A stretch of DNA of 64,000 nt from Cryomorphaceae bacterium. GTDB taxonomy: Bacteria; Bacteroidota; Bacteroidia; Flavobacteriales_D; Parvicellaceae. The notes below the pieces were generated by a model that saw only the letters and a list, made by a program, of their open reading frames with translations, was not told the origin of the DNA and made no database searches. Location of the stretch: the NCBI GenBank assembly GCA_905182525.1, contig CAJJBV010000004.1, positions 132,068-196,067 on the forward strand, given 5' to 3'. Each line of letters opens with the position of its first letter. Within the stretch, counting starts at the first letter, position 1. Position numbers and translations under genes: made by a program. This document shows positions 31,301 through 41,762 of the stretch, piece after piece.

Positions 31301-31676
31301 AGCAATTTGAAGGGTTATCAGGTTCAATTGTAAAATATTCTTGAACAGTTGAATTGTATACCAAAGCAATATCATCTAAACCGTATTTTGAAAAATCGGT
31401 ATCAATTGTTGGGTAAATATCATTTGGATTATTATGAGCATAAACTCCAACTGTCATATTTTGAGGTAGACCAAAAGTTGGTGGATTATTAGGTTCAGGT
31501 ATGAAATTTGAACCTGCACCACAATCGAAGTAATAGTTCAGCTTTATTTTATATCTATATGCACCGTTAATTGTGTCTACAAATTCATAAGCTAAGTTAC
31601 CTCCAACTAGATGGGTAGCAAATATATTTCCTAGTAAAATAAAATTAAAAACAAATAAGAATAATATTCTAAACAT
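25343..31676 (-). pseudogene. Giant (~2100 codon) T9SS type B cargo adhesin: N-terminal HxxGG module, 18 tandem Cys-containing Ig-like modules, CHU_C-type sorting domain; one frame change
   Basis: ORF 30576..31676 has a signal peptide, ATHLVGGNLAYEF, CCRN and DPDGDKLVFEF. ORF 25343..30508 is open upstream to ~30610 (AGSTGTVFSIEEGESLSF...), which places the frame change near 30603..30612. The C-terminus VFSPNNDGQNDVFEI...IYNRWGQL...WDGR...PPGTYFY matches the gliding-motility-associated C-terminal domain (TIGR04131). Confidence 0.8.
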
Positions 31677-31684
31677 AAATATTT

Positions 31685-34256
31685 TTATTTACAAACTATC
31701 TTTTTAGTAAACGTACTTCCACTGCTTAAATTTATTTTCAGAAAATATATTCCAGATGGATTTTCTCTAATATCTATTTCAACCAACTTTTTATTTGGAT
31801 TTAAAACTTCAACAGTTTTTCCTAAAATATCTAAAATGCTTACAGAATTGACAATTAAATCACTTTTTATACTAAATATTTTATAGTTAGGATTAGGATA
31901 AATATACAATTTTTGAGAAATAATATCATTGTCAATATCTAAAGTTGTGGAGCTAAATGGTCCTAACCAGGTACTAGTATTATTATCACATATTGATTGT
32001 AAATAAAAATCATAGTTAGTTGATTCATCTAGCCCAGTAATAATGTAATTATTGACTATAACATTATTTATAGTAGTGTCTAAACCGCCTAAACCGCTTA
32101 GGACCATATTTAATATTCCAAGCACTCTCATTTCCTCCAGCTGTCCAGTTTAATTCAACTGAAGAATTGCTAACTTGACCAATTTGCACATTGATAGGAT
32201 TTTCACATGTTGTCACAATAATTGAGTAATCTTCTACTTGTCCTCTAATAACAATGTCGTACGGGCCATTGTTATTTCCAACTTCGTCACTAGAAATTCT
32301 AAGTTTTAAAGGAGTGTTTAATGGAATATTTGCAGGTATTTGTACAACTGAAACTGGATCTAATTCATTGTCTTTTTGCATTACTATTTCATTCGATGTG
32401 AATATTAAATCATTGTTAAAATCAATCCATGCTCTTGTGTCTTGTCTAATGGTACCACTAGAATAAACCTTAAGAGGATAACTGCTACCAGGTTCAACAA
32501 TTGCTTGTAAATCACATGAATAATCAACATATCCTTCTATACCGTCCATTGATGAATTATTAACATTACTAAATTCAACCTTTGAAATTCCATATTCGCA
32601 ACAATAGCTAAGTGTGTTTGGTTTAGAAATAAGTCCTGAACTTGGATCTATAAAAGGAGCAATAAAGTTTGAGGAGTCAATTTCAACAAACTGACTGTAT
32701 ATTATAGTGTCACTACCAAATGCATTCGTTGTTATAAGTGAAATATCATAAAAACCATTATTATTAAATGTGTGGGTTGGATTTTCAAAAATAGAAGTTC
32801 CGCCATCTCCAAAATCCCAGAACCATGAGTATGGTATATTCGATGACAAATCATAAAACTCAATAACACCATCACAAGAATAATTTTTATCACTTTCAAA
32901 ATTAGATACTGGAGGATTTAAATTATACGCAAAATAAATTGTGTAATCTTCTGCCTGACCATAAACTGGATTTGAACACGGATCTAATTGTCCTGAAAAT
33001 GATACATCAGACATTATTCTTAACCTAAGAGGAGTATTTACAACTGCAAAACTTGGTATTTGAATAGTTGCATTAGTAGAGTCTCCACTATTAAGATTTG
33101 ATACTACTTCTTCAGAATTAATTTCAAAAACTCCGTTGTTATTATAATCTATCCACGCAAAAAAGTTTTGGGGAATTGCAGAAGTGTGAATTGCACTTAA
33201 TGCATATGTTTCACCTAAATAAAGCAATGTAGAATCACATGTAAAATCTGAATAGTTTTCAGATGAATTACCAGAACTATTATTTAATGGCCCAAAAGTA
33301 AATCTTGTAATACCATAATCTCCATTTAGACCAGCAATTCCAGTTGTCGGTGTACATGAAGATGGCAGTGGAGGCAGGTTTGATAAATTAACCTGAATAA
33401 AATTATTAAATATGGTAGTATCTGTTCCAAAAGAATTTGATGTAATTAATTTAACAGTAAAACTTCCAGTGGAAGTATAATTATGAACAGGGTTTTCCAA
33501 ATTAGACGAAGTTCCATCTCCAAAGTCCCATAGCCAAGAGCTTGGAGAATTTGCACTTTGATCAAAAAAATTGATTGTACCGTTACATGATACTGGATTG
33601 TCGACAGAAAAATTTGTTATTGGAGGACTGTTAGGATTCAGCCATGTAAACCTTATATTCGGTCTTTTAGTCTCTACACCATTGATCCAATTAGAATTAC
33701 AAGGAGAGGAACTACTTCTTCTTCGATATATTAAAGTATTGTATCCATAATCTGTCATATTCATAACAGCATTTTGTGACAACACGGAGTTAAAAAAACA
33801 AGTTTGAATAATAATATTCGAAGTTCCATCCCAATAAAATGGAGTTGTAAAGTCATGTTGGCTCCAGCCAACTTGATCAGTAAATAAAGAAGGACCAAAG
33901 TGGGTAATTAAATTATTATTATCCCATGTACTAATTGATTGGTCAGAAGTTGACTTCATTTGAATCTCAAAACCAGCTAAATCGTTACCGGTATTAGAAA
34001 CAATATCAAACGCGATACCAGTTATATTTCCTGCTGAAATACCAGATGCTTGTAATTCAGAAGCATTAATTAAAAATTGATTCTTAACACCTAATCTATC
34101 ATTACCATAAATAGAAGGGTAGGTAGTTGATGAGTTTTTTAATGTGTCTGCACCTATATAGTGATAAGTTCCTTGAAGAGAAATATCAAATCTAATTAAC
34201 ACAAAAAGCATTAAAAATAATAAAAAAGATTTTTTTGTAATTAAATTCATAAACAT
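31685..34256 (-). pseudogene. T9SS type A cargo protein with unknown N-terminal module, 2x(PKD + GEVED-like) domains, FN3-like domain and Por_Secre_tail; one frame change
   Basis: PKD signatures WLWDFGDGTSS and WFWDFGDGGTS. GQAEDYTI and GQVEDYSI are GEVED-type motifs. FN3-like NSSVELNWTAGGNESAWNIKYGP continues after a frame change at ~32098..32101 as SGLGGLDTT...ITGLDESTNYDFYLQSIC. The C-terminus LYIYPNPNY...GIYFLKI matches TIGR04183. The start could also be the ATG at 34250. Confidence 0.75.
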
Positions 34257-34263
34257 ATTATTT

Positions 34264-34271
34264 CAAATATA
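34264..34271 (-). promoter_or_regulatory. -7 box TATATTTG (minus strand) upstream of the T9SS cargo operon
   Basis: + strand CAAATATA. 8 nt before the ATG at 34256 and 14 nt before the ATG at 34250. Confidence 0.4.
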
Positions 34272-34369
34272 GTAATATTAAAGTTTTAAAACATTCTTCG
34301 TTTAACAGCCAAATGATTTTATAAAACTTATTATTTTAAATACATATTAAAATTAAAGGTGAATAGCAA

Positions 34370-35704
34370 CTAAAAATTCAAATTCCATTTTGAAATTTTG
34401 GGACACCCTTTATATAAATCATCTACTTTTACGTACGAATTTTTTGCAATTTTGGTTACCCATTTATCCATTTCCTTAACTTGTTTTTCGTTTACTGCAT
34501 ATTTTTTAATGAATTCATAATCATCGTTTAAGTTCGCTTTATGTGGCTTAGTTCTGTCCTCTAGCTTTAAAATTCTAAAACCCATATTTCCTTTTTCATC
34601 TTCATAATATAGAGGTTCTGAATATTCCCCAATTTCTAAATTATTAATTCCAATAAATAATGATTTGTCAATATTCTGCATGTCCCAGTACATACCCCCT
34701 GAACTTTGATTAAAAATGATGCCCTTAGGGCTAGAATTTGTAGAGTTTTGGACTATCGCTTTTTCCCAAGAGTTTTTATTTTGTGAAACTGTTGATAATA
34801 TAGAATCGCATCTCTCTTTTAAAACTCTTAATTCTAATTCGCTAATTTCATTCTTTATAAGGATATGAGAACCATAGTATTGCTCTCCTCTTCTTTTTTC
34901 AACTTTTAAAATGTGAAAACCAAAAGGGCTCTCAAAAACGTCAGAAATTGTATTTAAAGGAATATTGTACGCTATTGCATCAAACTCTGGAACAAAATCA
35001 CCTCTATCTACCCATCCAAAATTACCACCATTAGCTTTGGAACCAGGATCATTGGAGTAAAATTCTGCAGCAACAGAAAATGAAATTTCATTGGATTTTA
35101 TTCTGTTTTTAATTTTACGAAGTTTATTTTTAGTGTAATTCTTTTGTTCATATGTTATTTCTGGAGCTAAGACCAATTGAGATATTTTTACTTTACTATT
35201 AATATAAGGAATACTATCAAAAGGGATGTTCCTGAAAAAAGTCATTACTTCTTTTGGAGATGCATTAATATTGCCAGTTATTTCTTGTTGCATTTTTTGA
35301 GCTTTCATTTTATCTTCAATTTGTTCGAAAAACTCTTCTTTTATTTCTTCAATAGATTTTTCATAGAAATCTTCTAGTGCTTCAGTCCCACCAACTTGAT
35401 TAGAAAAATATTGTATTCTTTGATCTAATTCCATTTTTACCATATCCTCAGTTACTTCAAGGCTATCAATTTCAGCTTGTTGAATTAAAAGCTGCTGAGT
35501 CATAAATTCAACTATTAAAAGACAATCTGTATTTTCATCAATTTCATTTCCTTGTTGAGCTATTTGTAGTTTTTGACCTTGTATTTCAGAGTATAAAATT
35601 GGCCTTTCACCCACTACTGCTACTACTTTGTCTATTATTTCCTGAGAAAAAAGAGGGTAATATAACAGATTAAATAAAAAAATTATAATTATTTTTTTGA
35701 TCAT
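34370..35704 (-). CDS. SurA-like periplasmic chaperone / parvulin PPIase
   Basis: Signal peptide, SurA_N-like region, and a parvulin domain GGNFGWVDRGDFVPEFD...SPFGFHILKV. Confidence 0.8.
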   Translation of the reverse strand: MIKKIIIIFLFNLLYYPLFSQEIIDKVVAVVGERPILYSEIQGQKLQIAQQGNEIDENTDCLLIVEFMTQQLLIQQAEIDSLEVTEDMVKMELDQRIQYFSNQVGGTEALEDFYEKSIEEIKEEFFEQIEDKMKAQKMQQEITGNINASPKEVMTFFRNIPFDSIPYINSKVKISQLVLAPEITYEQKNYTKNKLRKIKNRIKSNEISFSVAAEFYSNDPGSKANGGNFGWVDRGDFVPEFDAIAYNIPLNTISDVFESPFGFHILKVEKRRGEQYYGSHILIKNEISELELRVLKERCDSILSTVSQNKNSWEKAIVQNSTNSSPKGIIFNQSSGGMYWDMQNIDKSLFIGINNLEIGEYSEPLYYEDEKGNMGFRILKLEDRTKPHKANLNDDYEFIKKYAVNEKQVKEMDKWVTKIAKNSYVKVDDLYKGCPKISKWNLNF

Positions 35705-36555
35705 CTAAATTTTTCAATTAGGTTGTTTTTAATTCCATCGTTGTATAAATCAAGTCTTAATTTTTTGCGAATATTTTTTGCTCTTTGATTAAGTATTATA
35801 CTTTTTATTTTATTTTCTTCGAAACTAAGTGGTGATGTTCCATTTTTAATTATGTAATCAAAAACGTTTATGAAATAAACACTTTCATTGTACTCTAAAA
35901 CTACTTTCTTTTTCTTCTTTATAAAATCAATTTTGGAGTATTTTTCAAGTATAGGAATTTGCTTTAGTAAGTCATCAAAAAACACCCATTCCTCCGGATT
36001 GTAATATAAAGAGGCTTCTTCACTCTGACCCGTTTTCATGATTTGATCAACCATTTTTTCATTTTTTAAAAAGTAGTTGTTTTTTATTTCCGCAACTAAT
36101 TTAGAGTTTTTTGGAACTTTTATGTACATGCACTTTACAACATAATCGTTTAAAACAAAATCATCTAAATGTGATTCATAATAATTATTAATTTCCGATT
36201 TGCTAATAGTTGTATCTAATCTTTTATTTATATAAAACTGCTCAAACTCGTAAGAAATTAGCGACATTTTATATTTATTTATTTTCTTTTCTACGTTAGT
36301 TACTTCAAATGGAATCATATTTTCTGATTTATCCATTATCATTTGATTAACGAGCCATTTATGAATATAATTTTTAACGAAAATTGCGCTATCTTCTTTA
36401 TTTAAGTTTAAAGGAATTTCATTTACTAAATTTGATTCATTTAAATAAATGTTTTGGAACCTTGCTAACTTTACTTCTGTAGATTCCCTCTCACAGGATA
36501 AGGAAAGTAAAATAATACTAAAAAATAGAATATGTTTTAAATAATATATTTTCAA
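35701..36555 (-). CDS. Hypothetical lipoprotein, SurA-N-like chaperone domain without PPIase domain
   Basis: 284 aa, lipobox LSLSC. Overlaps the surA-like gene by 4 nt. The domain assignment is weak and rests on composition and position between two PPIase genes. Confidence 0.4.
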   Translation of the reverse strand: MKIYYLKHILFFSIILLSLSCERESTEVKLARFQNIYLNESNLVNEIPLNLNKEDSAIFVKNYIHKWLVNQMIMDKSENMIPFEVTNVEKKINKYKMSLISYEFEQFYINKRLDTTISKSEINNYYESHLDDFVLNDYVVKCMYIKVPKNSKLVAEIKNNYFLKNEKMVDQIMKTGQSEEASLYYNPEEWVFFDDLLKQIPILEKYSKIDFIKKKKKVVLEYNESVYFINVFDYIIKNGTSPLSFEENKIKSIILNQRAKNIRKKLRLDLYNDGIKNNLIEKFR

Positions 36556-36577
36556 ATATTAAGGTTTATTTTTTATA

Positions 36578-38515
36578 CTATATAATGTATTCATAATTCA
36601 CCTCCATAGTATGGTTCTTCTTTAGATTTTCTATCCAGACTTTTTCCAAGTAATTTTGATAGGCAGAAACAACAAGCCCTTCACATTCTTGTAATTTTTT
36701 GTTTGCCACTGGTAATTTTTCTTCAACATATATTGTTGTCCACTTATCATTAGCATTTATCAATTTGTTAAAACCCTTTTTTAGTTCTTCAAAAGATGTA
36801 TTATACTTTGAAAAGTCTTCTATGATTTTTGATTCGTAAGAAAGACTCAGAATATTTTCTTTATTGATGATTTTAATCAAAGAATCGTTATTAATCCCTT
36901 TTTTCTTTTTTAAAGAAACTGCTTTGCTAATAGTTTTTTTAGATTCTGAAGTATATACTGTTGCTTTAATTCTGTTTGGCCATTTCCAGGTATCTGTATT
37001 AGATATATAAAATTCTTTTAATCCTGAAGTATCTTTAATTGCTTTTGTCCATATCATCTGATCAGAAATTTCAAAAAGCAAAATTCCATCTCTGTACTCT
37101 TTCATTAAGGCTTTAAATTCAGGATATTTTTTTTCGAGTTGAGTTTTTTCAAAGGCAATTAACTTTTGATTTACAAATTTCTCATATAGTTTTGTTAGAG
37201 TATTATTTATAATTAAATTTTTATCAAGTTTTTTTAAATTCAATAAATACTCTAAAAAATCATATATCGGATAAGATCTATTTTCAATTGATAAAATAAC
37301 ATTATTAATTCCTTTAATTTCTTTATTTAAAGTCATGTTTTTAAAATCAAAGTCTTTATTTTTAAGGATTTTCTCAAGTTCATTTAAAATTATTAATTCT
37401 TCAATTAAATCCGCGTAATCTACTTTGAGTTTTTTGATGAAAGAAGATTTTGTCTTTTGTCCCCTCATATCTTTTTCAATTTTATTTTTTAACTCATAAC
37501 TAAGGGATTTTAAATCTCCAATAGGTTCATAGTCTAGTCTTTTTACAATGTGCCATCCGTTAGGAGTTTTAAACGGCTTAGAAAAATCTCCATTTTTCGT
37601 TAATGAAAAAACTGTTTTCTCAAATTCTGGATAAACATTTCCTCCTGAACTAATCCAGCCAATTTCACCTCCGTTTTTCGCCGATTTTCTATCCTCCGAG
37701 AATTTATTTGCAAGTTCTTCAAAAGATAATGTGCCATTATTTAAATCATTATAAATAGTATTTATTTTTTCAGATGTTATTTTATTGTTATTTGGAAGCT
37801 TTTGGTTTGTTGTAATCATTATATGACTTGTTTTAACCTTGCCCATTGCTTTTCTTGTAGAATTTGGTCTTACAAGATGATATCCATATCTTGTTCTTAT
37901 GGGTTTAGACACATCTCCAATAGGTGTTTTGTATGCTGCATTTTCAAATGAGTAGATCATTTTGAAAGCGTTAAAATATCCAAGATTTCCAGCGTTGGAT
38001 TTTGCATATGGATCTTCAGACGACTCTTCTGCTATTTTTTCAAAAGATACTTCTCCGGAATTAATACTTTTTAAAAAGGATGATATTTTATTGTATGCTT
38101 TTAAAGTATCACTAGGATTAGGATTAGGACCTAATTTAACCATTATATGACTTGCATTTATTTCATTAATAGTTCTGTAATAAGCTTCATTGATTAAGCT
38201 TTCTGTAATTGAAGTATCTGTTAGATAGGGTTTTTCTAATTGTTTCCTATATCCACTAAGCTCATCTGTGAATTTTTTTGTAGTGTCTAATCCTAATTCT
38301 TCAGCAGAAATTACTTTAAGCTTAAAATTTATAAATAATTCAATATATTCATCTAAATCTTCTTTAGTAGCTATTTTTTCTTTTTTATTTTTCCAATAAA
38401 TCTGTTCAAATTCAGATTTATTAACAATTTGATCATCAATTTTAAGAATTTCATTATTTTGACTAAAAGCTGTTGAAACAAAAAGTATTAATAAAAGTGT
38501 TTTAAATAATTTCAT
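36578..38515 (-). CDS. Large periplasmic PPIase (two parvulin domains, PpiD/SurA-like)
   Basis: Signal peptide. Parvulin motifs GNLGYFNAFKMIYSFENA...YGYHLV and GGEIGWISSGGNVYPEFE...NGWHIV. Confidence 0.8.
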   Translation of the reverse strand: MKLFKTLLLILFVSTAFSQNNEILKIDDQIVNKSEFEQIYWKNKKEKIATKEDLDEYIELFINFKLKVISAEELGLDTTKKFTDELSGYRKQLEKPYLTDTSITESLINEAYYRTINEINASHIMVKLGPNPNPSDTLKAYNKISSFLKSINSGEVSFEKIAEESSEDPYAKSNAGNLGYFNAFKMIYSFENAAYKTPIGDVSKPIRTRYGYHLVRPNSTRKAMGKVKTSHIMITTNQKLPNNNKITSEKINTIYNDLNNGTLSFEELANKFSEDRKSAKNGGEIGWISSGGNVYPEFEKTVFSLTKNGDFSKPFKTPNGWHIVKRLDYEPIGDLKSLSYELKNKIEKDMRGQKTKSSFIKKLKVDYADLIEELIILNELEKILKNKDFDFKNMTLNKEIKGINNVILSIENRSYPIYDFLEYLLNLKKLDKNLIINNTLTKLYEKFVNQKLIAFEKTQLEKKYPEFKALMKEYRDGILLFEISDQMIWTKAIKDTSGLKEFYISNTDTWKWPNRIKATVYTSESKKTISKAVSLKKKKGINNDSLIKIINKENILSLSYESKIIEDFSKYNTSFEELKKGFNKLINANDKWTTIYVEEKLPVANKKLQECEGLVVSAYQNYLEKVWIENLKKNHTMEVNYEYII

Positions 38516-38531
38516 TTTGAAAAAGTTTATT

Positions 38532-40004
38532 TTATCTTAAGTTATAATTTGGAGACTCTCTTGTAATTGTTACATCGTGTGGATGGCTCTCTATCATCCC
38601 AGAATTAGTTATTTTAATGAATTTTGCATTCATTAATTCATTAATATTTTTTGATCCACAATAACCCATTCCAGCTCGGAGACCTCCAATTAATTGATGA
38701 ACAACTTCCTTTAATGAACCCTTAAAAGGAACTCTTGCTGAAATTCCCTCAGGAACTAGTTTTTTAATATCATTTTCATCTTCTTGAAAATACCTGTCTT
38801 TTGAACCATGTTGCATAGCTTCAATTGAACCCATGCCTCTGTATGCTTTGAACTTCCTTCCTTCATATATTATTGTTTCTCCTGGAGATTCTTGAGTTCC
38901 TGCAAACATTGAACCCATCATTACACTTGATGCTCCTGCTGCAATTGCTTTTGGAATATCTCCGGTAAACCTAATTCCTCCATCTGCAATAATAGGAACA
39001 TTTGAATTTTCAAGTGCTTTTTTAACATTCATAATTGCAGAAAGCTGAGGGTATCCTACACCAGCAATAATTCTTGTTGTACAAATTGACCCAGGTCCAA
39101 TTCCTACTTTAATCGCGTCTGCACCAGCACGAACTAAATCAATAGCAGCTTCACCAGTTGCTATATTGCCAACAACAACATCTAAGTTTGAGTATTCTTT
39201 TTTTACTTTTTTGAGTAAATCAATTACTCCCTTAGAATGTCCATGAGCTGTATCAATTACAATTGCATCAACACTAGATTTTACTAGAGCCTTAATTCTT
39301 TCAAAAGTATCTTTTGAAACTCCAACTGCAGCTGCAACTCTTAATCTTCCAAATTTATCCTTACAACTGTTAGGATGTTGTTTTACCTTTATTATGTCTT
39401 TAAAAGTAATTAAGCCAACTAGAAAGTCATTTTTATCAATAACCGGAAGTTTTTCAATTTTATGCTTTTGAAGAATGTTTTCAGCTTTTTTTAAATCAAC
39501 ATCTTCGTTTGCAGTTACTAAATTTTTAGTAGTCATCACATCAGCAATTTTCTTATTTAGCTCTTTTTCAAACCTTAAATCTCTGTTTGTGACTATTCCT
39601 CTAAGCTTTCTATCTTTACTAATAACAGGAATTCCACCAATTTTATTTTCTGCCATTAGCTTTAAAGCATCACCTATCAAAGCTTTTTCATTTAAAGTTA
39701 TTGGGTCTAAAATCATTCCACTTTCAGATCTTTTAACCTTTCTAACTTCATTTGCCTGCCTGTCAACAGACATGTTTTTATGGATAACACCAATTCCCCC
39801 TTGTTGAGCAATTGAAATTGCTAATTCATGTTCTGTCACTGTATCCATTGCAGCAGAAATAATAGGTGTATTTATGGATATATTTCTAGTAAATCTTGAA
39901 GCTAAACTTACTTCGTGGGGCAAGTTTTCAGAGTAAGAAGGTACTAATAGAACATCGTCATAAGTTAATCCTTCTCCAATAAATTTTTCATTATTATCAA
40001 ACAT
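38532..40004 (-). CDS. guaB: IMP dehydrogenase
   Basis: [12 protein letters not shown], a CBS pair, the catalytic loop [11 protein letters not shown] and GGIRFTGD. The first ATG is at 40004; the track start at 40016 is TTG. Confidence 0.95.
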   Translation of the reverse strand: MFDNNEKFIGEGLTYDDVLLVPSYSENLPHEVSLASRFTRNISINTPIISAAMDTVTEHELAISIAQQGGIGVIHKNMSVDRQANEVRKVKRSESGMILDPITLNEKALIGDALKLMAENKIGGIPVISKDRKLRGIVTNRDLRFEKELNKKIADVMTTKNLVTANEDVDLKKAENILQKHKIEKLPVIDKNDFLVGLITFKDIIKVKQHPNSCKDKFGRLRVAAAVGVSKDTFERIKALVKSSVDAIVIDTAHGHSKGVIDLLKKVKKEYSNLDVVVGNIATGEAAIDLVRAGADAIKVGIGPGSICTTRIIAGVGYPQLSAIMNVKKALENSNVPIIADGGIRFTGDIPKAIAAGASSVMMGSMFAGTQESPGETIIYEGRKFKAYRGMGSIEAMQHGSKDRYFQEDENDIKKLVPEGISARVPFKGSLKEVVHQLIGGLRAGMGYCGSKNINELMNAKFIKITNSGMIESHPHDVTITRESPNYNLR

Positions 40005-40023
40005 AAAGTGAATCAAAGTTTTG

Positions 40024-40031
40024 CAAATTTA
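40024..40031 (-). promoter_or_regulatory. -7 box TAAATTTG (minus strand) upstream of guaB
   Basis: + strand CAAATTTA. 20 nt before the ATG at 40004, which supports that start codon. Confidence 0.45.
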
Positions 40032-40103
40032 GAAAAATACTGTTATGTGCGTGATTTGCAATTTACATTTAAGACATATTTAACAATATAATCTAAATAA
40101 ATT

Positions 40104-41762
40104 TTAATATTTGTAGACAATTTCGCCATTTATTACAGTATACAAAACTTTAGTTTTTAAAATATCTTTTTCTTCAACAATCAAAATATTTTTACTTAGA
40201 ACAACCATATCTCCAGACTTTCCAATTTCTAAACTTCCTTTCTCATTTTCTTCAAAATTTGCAAGGGCTGCCCAAATTGTCATTCCTTTTAAAGCATTAA
40301 TTCTAGTTAATGCTTCGTTTTTTTGAAATCCGTTTACAGGACGCCCATCAAAACTTTTTCTAAATACCGCTGCAAAAAAAGTGTTTATTGGATTTATTTT
40401 TTCTACTGGAAAATCTGTCCCAAGTGCGATTAAAAAATTTTCTTCGTATAGTGTTTTGTATCTGTAACAGTTTGTTAACCTTTTTTTGCCAATTCTATTT
40501 GCTGCCCAAGAATAATCAGAAGTTGCATGAGTTGGCTGAACTGAGGGGATTATATTAAAGTCCTTAAAATAATGAAGATCATTATTGTTAACACATTGAG
40601 CGTGCTCAATCCTCCACCTTAAATCATTTGAAGATTTTAATATTTTAGAATAAGATTTTAAAACTGATCTATTTGTTGAATCTCCTATTGAATGAGTACA
40701 GGCTTGAAATCCGGCTAATTTTATTTTTCTCAATTTTTTTTCAAATAATTCTTTTTTTTGTAATAGCATTCCGTATGAATTTTCTTGATCTGAATATGGC
40801 TTTAAAAGACATGCTCCTCTTGAACCTAAAGAACCATCAGCAAAGAATTTAAAAGATCTAACATTCAATTTATTAGTTTTATATGGGTGTCCAATACTAT
40901 CAATATAAAATTTAAAGTTTTCTTCATTGTTTAATAGCATAGCATAAACCTTTATTTTTAATTCGTTCGTAGAATGCAGTTTTTCTAATAAATCAATATC
41001 CTCTTTATTTAATCCTGCAATATCAATTGTAGTAAGACCAAAAGCCAAACAATCACCTTGAGCTTTTAAAATTGCTTTTTTCTTTAATATTTCATCAGAC
41101 TTAGGAATTTTATCTAAAATTAATGACATAGCATTGTCTACAAATAACCCTGTAACTACATTGTCTATTTTTTCTATGTATCCTGCTAAAATTATTGTAT
41201 CGACAGGAATTTTTAATGTTTGAATTGCCTTTTGATTTGCCATAATTACGTGGCCGTCAATTCTTTTAAGAATAACATTTATATTTTTAAAATTTTCATT
41301 AAGTAGTTTGTTATTAGGCCAATTTTTATCGCCCCATTGATTTTGATCCCATCCATACCCTACAAGCCATTCATTAGCTACTTTATTTTGATTAAGTTTT
41401 AATATCTCTATAATTTCTTTAAATGATTGCGCACCTGAAACATCTACCATGTTTTTTTGAAGTCCATATTCCAAAAAGTGACAATGGGCATCAATAAACC
41501 CTGGAAATACCGTGAATCCTTTAAGATCAATATTTTTTTCTGAAGTATATTTATTGAGTATTTGATCATTTTTTCCAAGTGCAATTATTTTTCCATTTTT
41601 AACTGCAACAGCTTCATAAATATTATTGTTGTCGTCTAAGGAATAAATAGATCCATTGTGAGAAATAAGATCTACTTCAATTTTTTTTTTGCAAGCTGAA
41701 GATGAAATCAACAACAAAAAAGTAATTAATTTAATTATTTTCATAATTCTTAGTTTGACCAT
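40104..41762 (-). CDS. Amidohydrolase-family metallohydrolase (YtcJ-like), lipoprotein
   Basis: Lipobox ISSSAC, GFIDAHCHF metal motif, and C-terminal GKSGDMVVL. An alternative ATG lies at 41744. Confidence 0.8.
   Translation of the reverse strand: MVKLRIMKIIKLITFLLLISSSACKKKIEVDLISHNGSIYSLDDNNNIYEAVAVKNGKIIALGKNDQILNKYTSEKNIDLKGFTVFPGFIDAHCHFLEYGLQKNMVDVSGAQSFKEIIEILKLNQNKVANEWLVGYGWDQNQWGDKNWPNNKLLNENFKNINVILKRIDGHVIMANQKAIQTLKIPVDTIILAGYIEKIDNVVTGLFVDNAMSLILDKIPKSDEILKKKAILKAQGDCLAFGLTTIDIAGLNKEDIDLLEKLHSTNELKIKVYAMLLNNEENFKFYIDSIGHPYKTNKLNVRSFKFFADGSLGSRGACLLKPYSDQENSYGMLLQKKELFEKKLRKIKLAGFQACTHSIGDSTNRSVLKSYSKILKSSNDLRWRIEHAQCVNNNDLHYFKDFNIIPSVQPTHATSDYSWAANRIGKKRLTNCYRYKTLYEENFLIALGTDFPVEKINPINTFFAAVFRKSFDGRPVNGFQKNEALTRINALKGMTIWAALANFEENEKGSLEIGKSGDMVVLSKNILIVEEKDILKTKVLYTVINGEIVYKY

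Noticed and set aside
34283-34292. Palindrome GTTTTAAAAC as a terminator between surA-like and the T9SS operon
   Set aside because: It is a perfect palindrome with no loop, AT-rich and without a T-tract, so it is not a credible intrinsic terminator.
39475-39807. 110-aa antisense ORF inside guaB, plus the other short opposite-strand ORFs in the track: 2013, 3884, 4593, 5924, 18640, 25930, 27060, 32254, 35177, 37962, 45630, 51439, 52097, 55403, 57565, 60032, 60039, 60872, 61286, 61728, 63165. The same-strand out-of-frame ORF at 53862 belongs with them.
   Set aside because: All lie fully within strongly supported genes, have low-complexity F/L/I/K/S-rich translations typical of out-of-frame reading of AT-rich DNA, and match no family I recognise.
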